Source: the human T2T-CHM13v2.0 reference genome, Homo sapiens
Assembly: GCF_009914755.1 (NCBI RefSeq)
Contig: NC_060932.1
Reading direction: 5' to 3' (one strand)
Length of the DNA: 64,000 nucleotides
The stretch's first letter is position 1, and each line of letters opens with the position of its first letter. The position numbers were made by a program, and so were the translations under genes. A model generated the notes under the pieces. The model ran no database searches and was not told where the DNA came from. It saw nothing but the letters and a program-made list of their open reading frames with translations. Of the stretch, positions 57,484 to 64,000 are shown piece by piece.

Positions 57484-57627
57484 GGTGTTGGCGTTCCCAA
57501 ACACTTACCCGAGGCACTGGAGCACCAAACTCCCCAGGAGTGTCCCTCTCCTTAGTGATGCTACTGGCTTGTTTACAGTATAGGCACATCTTATGGGAAG
57601 AGAGGAATTAATAAAACAAATGGAAAT
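57484..57627. repeat. Dispersed direct repeat, copy 2; contains candidate 81-nt minus-strand exon 57509-57589
   Basis: Aligns to 56592-56738; minus strand ...cctctcttcccataag|ATG...CGG|gtaagt. Confidence 0.9.
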
Positions 57628-57879
57628 AGAAGCAGTTATTATTCATATGGGAAGGGGAGGTGGCTGAGACATGACTTCCACTTCTCCCCTTTTTCCTAGC
57701 CGAGTCTTCCAGCAATCTTGATAGACGTTATTGATTCCTCACCATTTACCTAAAAGTCAGGTAAATAAATTAACTTGTGACTAAACTGTTATTTCATGTG
57801 AAGAAGAGACCAATATACCTGACTGTAAGGTACTACAAAGCCATCTCGGGGAATATCATTTAGAATGTGTGAGGCAAAC

Positions 57880-58086
57880 AGTTAACAGCTTGGGGCTTGC
57901 AGATGGACAGATCTGGTTCAAAATCTACTTGCTCTATGACCTTGACCATTTATTTCACCTTTCTTGATTTTAGCTTTGTAAGATGTGGCTAATAACACCA
58001 CATACCTCATGGCTTTATAGATAAGATGAAATGAAGAGATGCATATAAAACACTGGAAAAGGCAGCCAGAACAAATTGAGTGCCTG
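57880..58086 (+). mobile_element. MIR
   Basis: gacagatctggttcaaaatc...tatgaccttgacc...tgtaagatg...acctcatggc...aaatgaagagatgcatataaaacact. Confidence 0.8.
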
Positions 58087-58859
58087 AAAGTACACCTGAA
58101 GGAATCTTTCTCAGTGTGATTAATAAGCTACTACAATTACCGTTTAAGTAAGTATACTATGGGTTTTATTCAATGAGGGAATTATGCATGAGGAGCAAAC
58201 AAGTGCAATTTTACTATTCTTGGCATTTTGGGAAAACTTTAGAATAAGGTATTATCTGAAGATCACTTATGAAGATAAATACCTATGTATTAATATAACA
58301 TTTGAAAAAAATTATGAAATACTTAGAATATTTTCTTTTGAAGTAAAAATACCTATGTCACCAAACAGCAATTTTGCCAATGTTGCAAAATAAGCATTGT
58401 AAATTAATGAATATTCTAAGATAATTTCTGATCTAAATTTCATCTGTTGAAAAAGAAACGGGAGGCTTGGAAAGGCTGACGGATTTGTGGAGCTGCACGT
58501 CAGTTGCATAGGAGGTGGGAAACGAAGTGAAGTCCAAACCAGGTAAGTCAAGGCACAGCCTGCTGCCCCTCCCTTGCCTTTTACAATGTGAATTGCCACG
58601 TTTAGCATTTTCTACTTGGCATTTTAAAAAGCTTATGTTGTTGTTATTATGTTCTCTTAAAGAATATATGCATCCCACCACTAACATCATTTTTTCCTTT
58701 AATAAAAATCATGAATCCTCATGATTAATTGGGATTAAAAATAAGAACAATAACAAGTTATTTACTCTCAAAAGCAAAAGCTGGACAGAAACTCTCTCTC
58801 CCTCCCTTTTTGCAGAAAGACATTATTCTGTTACTCCGGTTCCTTTCTCCCATTCAGGA

Positions 58860-59945
58860 AATAAATCACAGAGGACACAAATGCATGAAAAGATACTTCA
58901 TGCTCATAGATCAAAATACTTAACGTTGTTACAATACCCATAGTACCAGAAGCAACATACAGATTCAATACATATTCCTATATATAAATTTTTATATTCC
59001 TATATACTTATAAATTACTGTATATATATATTCCTATATACATATTCATATATGTATTCCTAATTATATATAAAATTTGTAAATATATATGTGTATGGGA
59101 ATATATATTATATATAATTAGCAACTATATATGTACATAGAAATATATATATAATATGTAATTAAGCTATTATATATATATGTAGTACGTAATTAAGCTT
59201 TTATATATTATATATATTTCCTAATTCTTATCAAAATCCCAATAGCATTCTTCACAGAATTTTTTTTTTAATTTCTAAAATGTGTGTGGAACCCTAAAAG
59301 ACCTCAAATAGCCAAAGCAATTCTGAGAAAAAAATCAAAAGTTGAAGGCATTACACTTCCTGATTTAAAATTATAGTACAAAGTTATAGTAATCAAAACC
59401 TATGGCATTGGCATAAGAAAAGGCACATGGACCAGCGGAAGAGAATAGAGAGCTGAAATAAATCCAAGCATATATGGTCAGCTAATTTTCAACAAGAGTA
59501 CAAAAAGGATACAATGGGGAAAGAATAATCTTGTCAAAAAATGGTGTTAGGAAAACAAGATTTTCTCATGCAAAAGAATGAAATTGGACCCTTTATACCA
59601 TACATAAAAATCAACTCAAAATGAATAAAAATCCTAAACATAAGACCTGAAACCATGAAAATCCCAGAATACACAGGGGAAATGCTCCTTAACATTGGCC
59701 TTGACGATGATTTCCCATATATCACACCAAAAATTCAGGCTACAGAACAAACAATAAATAAATGAGACTACATCACACTAAAAAGCTTCTGCACAGCAAA
59801 GGAAATAATCAACAAAATGAAAAGGCAACTTACAGATTCAGAAAGCAATATTTCCAAACCATATATCAGATAAGGAGTTAATATTCAAGATTTGTAAATA
59901 ACTCATAGCACTCAACATATAACCTCATGTTAAAATTGGTGAAGA
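58860..59945 (+). mobile_element. L1M (MA/MB-type) ORF2 3' fragment interrupted by a TA-rich expansion (58973-59225)
   Basis: tacagattcaa...tatcaaaatcccaatagcattcttcacagaa...caaatagccaaagcaat...tagtaatcaaaac...aaaatcaactcaaaatg...taagacctgaaac...aaaagcttctgcacagcaaagg. Confidence 0.92.
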
Positions 59946-60749
59946 TATGATTCAGTTTAAACACACATTACACAGAGAAGACTGAGGCCCAGAAATGGAG
60001 GCCGCTTTGCCTAAAATTAGCAATTTTCAAGAGGCAGAGCTGGATGAGGAAGTCAGTCTACATTCTGTAATTCCAAGTTTCTAATACCAATGTTCTCTAC
60101 CATATCTAATTGTATTAAAGTTTCTCCCAGCTGACAATAAATAAGTCGATTAAAAAGAACACCAGGCTTTGGGCCCTCTTCAGGGAAATTGCATTGCTAC
60201 TGCAGAGAAGCTTGCATTCCATTTTAAAATATCAAATCCAAATCAAAACATTACTTTAAATACACATCCTCCGTGCGAAGCTCAGTCGTGAGAATGCGCA
60301 GTTATGCTGCATTACTGATTCATTTAGAAGTTATTAGTTTGCTGCTAGGCATTTTCCACTCTAAGGAACGAAATCCTGAAAAGAAATGGGATGTTGAAAT
60401 ATTGAGTAATTAAATGTTGAAACGTCCGTGAATTCCTGATTAACACCATGATTTCTACGCAGTCAAATTAAAACATACGCAAAGTAAAAACTTCACCCGT
60501 GTCCCCTGTGTCCAGCATGTCAGGCTAGCGGAGGGAGAAGTCTATATGAGAGATGATGGCTGTCATTTCACAGCGCAAGTTGTTGACTTTCCACATCCCT
60601 GATGTTCCCAAAGTTTGTTTTTATTTCCATCAACGATACCTTTTCTGTTGTGGTTTTAATCCACGAGGGAGTCTGTGCTCAAAGCGGTGGGCATGAAGGG
60701 AGCCTCCAGAATCTGCCCCTCGGCTGCTACTCTAGCCCATCCCGGGGAT

Positions 60750-61362
60750 CTCGTGATAATTCCTGCAACAATGATCACAAACATTCTGGCTTCAAACAAG
60801 ACCCATGTCTCGTTTCACTGCTCTGCAGGTTAAAAGTCCCACGTCGGTCTCACTGGGCTAAAACCAGGTATCGGCAGGCTGTATTTCTTCCTGCAGGCTT
60901 GACGGGGAATAGGCTTCCAGGGTCATTTGGGTCCACTGAGAGCAGAAGTCAGTTCCTTGTGGTGGTAGGGTTGAAGTCCTGTTTTCTTGCTGGCTGATGT
61001 CCACGCATCATTCTCTGCTTCCAGCAGCAGCCTGGGCTCCTCAAATCCTCACACTCCTCTATCCTAAAAGTCAGCAACAGTGAACCAGTCCTTTACACGT
61101 CAAATCTCTCCTTCACGTCATCTTTACGCATCTTCTATCCTTGCTTTTTTTCTGACTCCATTCAAAGAAAGTTCTCGGCCTTTGAGGACTTGAGTGGTTA
61201 GGTTGGGTCCACCCTGATAATCCAGAATGATCTCCCTATTTTAAGGCCTATAGCTTTAATTATATCATGAGCGTCATCCGGTCATGGAGCAAAACATAAT
61301 ATAACATTCACAGGATCTGGTATTACAGCATGGATATTTTGAGAAAAGTTTTTAGCAGTCAC
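60750..61362 (-). mobile_element. MLT1 (D/E-like) LTR, ERVL-MaLR
   Basis: acaatgatcacaaac...ggcttcaaacaa...gtctcactgggctaaaaccaggtatcggcaggctg...gggtccaccctgataatccagaatgatctccctattttaagg...aacattcacagg. Confidence 0.8.
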
Positions 61363-61835
61363 ATATGTCTTAAAGTGTATTGAAAAATATCAAAGTGTTT
61401 TGAATTAAAATTTTTTCTTAGTATTTTTATCATAAAGAAAAATGTAAAGATGTGGAATCTGAAGGTACAGAAAAGAAGCCATAAAAATGTATCTGTGAAA
61501 GGATGTGCATTGAGTTAAGTTTGAGGCTTGAATTCAGATGAAGTGGATTCAGATCCCGGAAGAACCTCTTGGCTAACAGATCAGTCTTCCAGGGCTTAAG
61601 GTACTCATCTAATTTCGGATACTAACATTTCCTAAGTTTGATATGTATGTCTGCTTCTGAATCATTCCATGAAATGTGGATTTAATCCTGTTATTAATGA
61701 TGAATAACGTAAGAAATTGGGTTTCTTACAATACTTTATCCCTGCAACATTGCTGGAATATAACACATGGGACATTTAAAGATACATGGATGAGTATGAC
61801 TTCTAGCACTGACCAATTAACAAGAAATGCTCATA

Positions 61836-62091
61836 CAGGTTGAATATCTCTTATCTGAAATGTTTGCCACCAGAAGTATTTCAGATTTCAGATTTTTTTC
61901 AGATTTGGGAATATTTGCATATATATTACCAGTTGAGTGTCCCTAATTAAAAATAAAGTATCAGAAATCTGAAATGTTCCTGTGAGCATTTCCTTCTGGC
62001 CTTTCCTTTGAATGACATGTCACAGCTCAAAAAGTTTCAGACTTTGGGGTATTTCAGATTTTGGAATTATAGATTAGGGATACTCAATCTA
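61836..62091 (-). mobile_element. Tigger4a (Zombi)-type non-autonomous TcMar-Tigger element
   Basis: TA + caggttgaatatc...accagaagtatttcagatttcagatttttttcagattt...tcaaaaagtttcaga...gattagggatactcaatct with terminal inverted repeats. Confidence 0.88.
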
Positions 62092-62722
62092 CACCAAGCT
62101 AGCAGTTTGGTGTTTATAAACTTGCAGTTCTGCCTTCTAAGCTCACTGACTGGTGGCTTTTTGTTTCAGGAAAGCAGAAACTGACCAGAAAATCCCAATA
62201 GCTCCTTGTTTCTGCAGCAGTTGCTTTACTAACGTATCGCTGTTTGGGGGAGGCCTGTGCACCCCAGAGCAGCACAGAGATTCTTTGTGTTCATGGATAA
62301 AGAATACTCTCAGATTGCTTCCTCAACCAGTTTTTATGATTCAGTTGAAAGAAAGTTACTTTTACTTTCACACTGAATCCTCCTTTCTCGTCTATATCAG
62401 GATACCAAGGATTCCTCAGGAGTGTTTGTCATCTCCTTTTGGGTTATTGAACGAGCACTGCAATGTGTTTGTGCAGCCTTTATCGTCAGGCTTTGCACGC
62501 CACGCTAGTGTATAAGCACCACTCTTATGATGAACATTACCCATTTCCCTTAAATACTGATATAATCATATTAAGGAAGCAATTAATATTATCAATCTAC
62601 ATGCCATGTCATAAATTCCCAATAAAGTTAAAAAAATAAAAATTTAATTGTGTGAATTACTTTTGAAACTCACCAGTGCCCAAACTATTAAATACGCTTT
62701 CTAACACAAAAATCCTACTCTT

Positions 62723-63026
62723 GGCTGGGTGCAGTGGCTCACGCCTGAAATCTCAGCACTTTTTGAGGCAGAGGTGGGTGGATCGCCTCAGGTCAGGAGT
62801 TCAAGACCAGCCTGGCCAACATGGTGAAACCCCAACTCTACTAAAAATACAAAATATTAGCTGGGCATGGCGATAGATGCCTGTAATCCCAGCTACTCAG
62901 GAGGCTGAGGCAGGAGAGGGTTCACTTGAACCCAGGAGGTGGAGGTGGCAGTGAGCCAATATCGTGCCACTGCCTACCAGCCTGGGTGACAGAGCGAGGC
63001 TGTCTCAAAAAATAAAAATAAAATAA
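62723..63026 (+). mobile_element. AluSx/Sz
   Basis: Complete dimer with (TAAAA)-type tail. Confidence 0.94.
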
Positions 63027-63413
63027 TCATCTTTTCTTTCCTTTTAAATAGACAGCATTTGCGAATGGGGCAATGTTAAATTAACAGTGCAGTTTGAATC
63101 TTACTTTCCTGAGCAAGTTATAGTAATTGAGGGCAGGTCTCTCAAAACTGAAGGAAATCCATGAGTAAGATCAGAGAACCAAAGCATTCTTGAATCCCAC
63201 CTCCAGTTGGAAACATCCGCATGTAAATGTAAATTAATTATGGTAGTAAGTATACTCCTCTAACAATGCCATTTAGAGTAATATGCTTGATATTTTTTTA
63301 CATATAGGAAATAAAGTACTTTATAAAAAAGAATATCATCATGTCCAGGCAGACATATAGACATTCTGATAATACAGAATTAATACCAAAAGTAAGTTTG
63401 GGAGTTAATCAAC

Positions 63414-63840
63414 TGATGTGGTTTGGATCCATTTCCCCACCCTAACTTCATGTTCAATTGTAACCTCTAATGTTGGAGATGGCAGAAGTATTGGCTCATG
63501 GGGGTGGATCCTTCATGAATGGTTTGGTGCCATGCCTTTGTTGCTATTCTCATAACAGACTTCCCAGGAGACCTTGTTGTTTAAAAGCCTGTAGCACCTC
63601 CCCGCCAACCCCCACTCGCTCTTTCTCTCTTCCTCCTACTGGAGGCATGTGAAGTGTTGATTCCTTGTTTACCTTCCGCCATGACTGAAAGTTACCTGAG
63701 GCCTCCGCAGAAGCCAGGCAGCTTCCAGCATGATGTTCTCTGTACAGCCTGCAAAACCTTGAGCAAATTAAACCCCTTTTGTTTATAAATTACCCAGCCT
63801 CAGGTATTTCTTTAAAGCAGTGTGAGAATGGACTAATATA
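63414..63840 (+). mobile_element. MSTB/MSTA-type solo LTR, ERVL-MaLR
   Basis: tgatgtggtttggatc...gggggtggatcc...ccttccgccatgactgaaag...ataaattacccagcctcaggtatttcttt...gaatggactaatata; TSD T(C/G)AAC. Confidence 0.92.
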
Positions 63841-63865
63841 TGAACAATAGGAAATCAAGATATAC

Positions 63866-63926
63866 AAGAGCAACAGAAGGAAAAATTTAAAAGGTACTAA
63901 AGAGCAACAGAAGGAAATATTTAAAA
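63866..63926. repeat. 34-bp-period tandem duplication
   Basis: aagagcaacagaaggaaa(a/t)atttaaaa occurs twice. Confidence 0.9.
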
Positions 63927-64000
63927 TAATATGTGTAAACAGAATTTTCCCCAGGAAACCATGCAGTAATTCTAATATTCTCAACATCAACTAGAATTTG

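Noticed and set aside
58450-58548. Isolated perfect plus-strand donors (CAG|GTAAGT ~58542; similar at 2558, 33990, 47522, 57092)
   Set aside because: No convincing partner acceptor or promoter; this number is near chance expectation.

Overview
This window is primate, very probably human, AT-rich intronic or intergenic DNA. The evidence is its repeat content: about 15 Alu copies (J, S and Y types), L1PA/L1M, L2 and MIR relics, MaLR LTRs (THE1/MST/MLT1), DNA-transposon relics (MER5A, MER3, Tigger4a, Tigger15a-like) and many microsatellites. No ORF in the supplied track looks like a real protein; they are Alu-, STR- or chance-derived. I could not recognise any gene, so no gene symbols are given, and I see no evidence of a novel multi-gene system. 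The most notable items are: (1) a near-pristine AluYb-lineage element with a 49-nt pure tail that appears chimeric with an old AluJ (30.7-31.2 kb); (2) a perfect 41-bp inverted repeat not explained by any repeat I recognise (54.75-54.87 kb); (3) a locally duplicated ~150-bp cassette that reads as acceptor/81-nt exon/donor on the minus strand (56.6 and 57.5 kb), plus a second local ~80-bp duplication (18.4 and 20.4 kb); (4) a candidate TATA promoter with a consensus GC-type donor (~33 kb); (5) a speculative chain of minus-strand exon-like segments that could be a lncRNA. Repeat family calls were made by eye from remembered consensus sequences, and boundaries are approximate.
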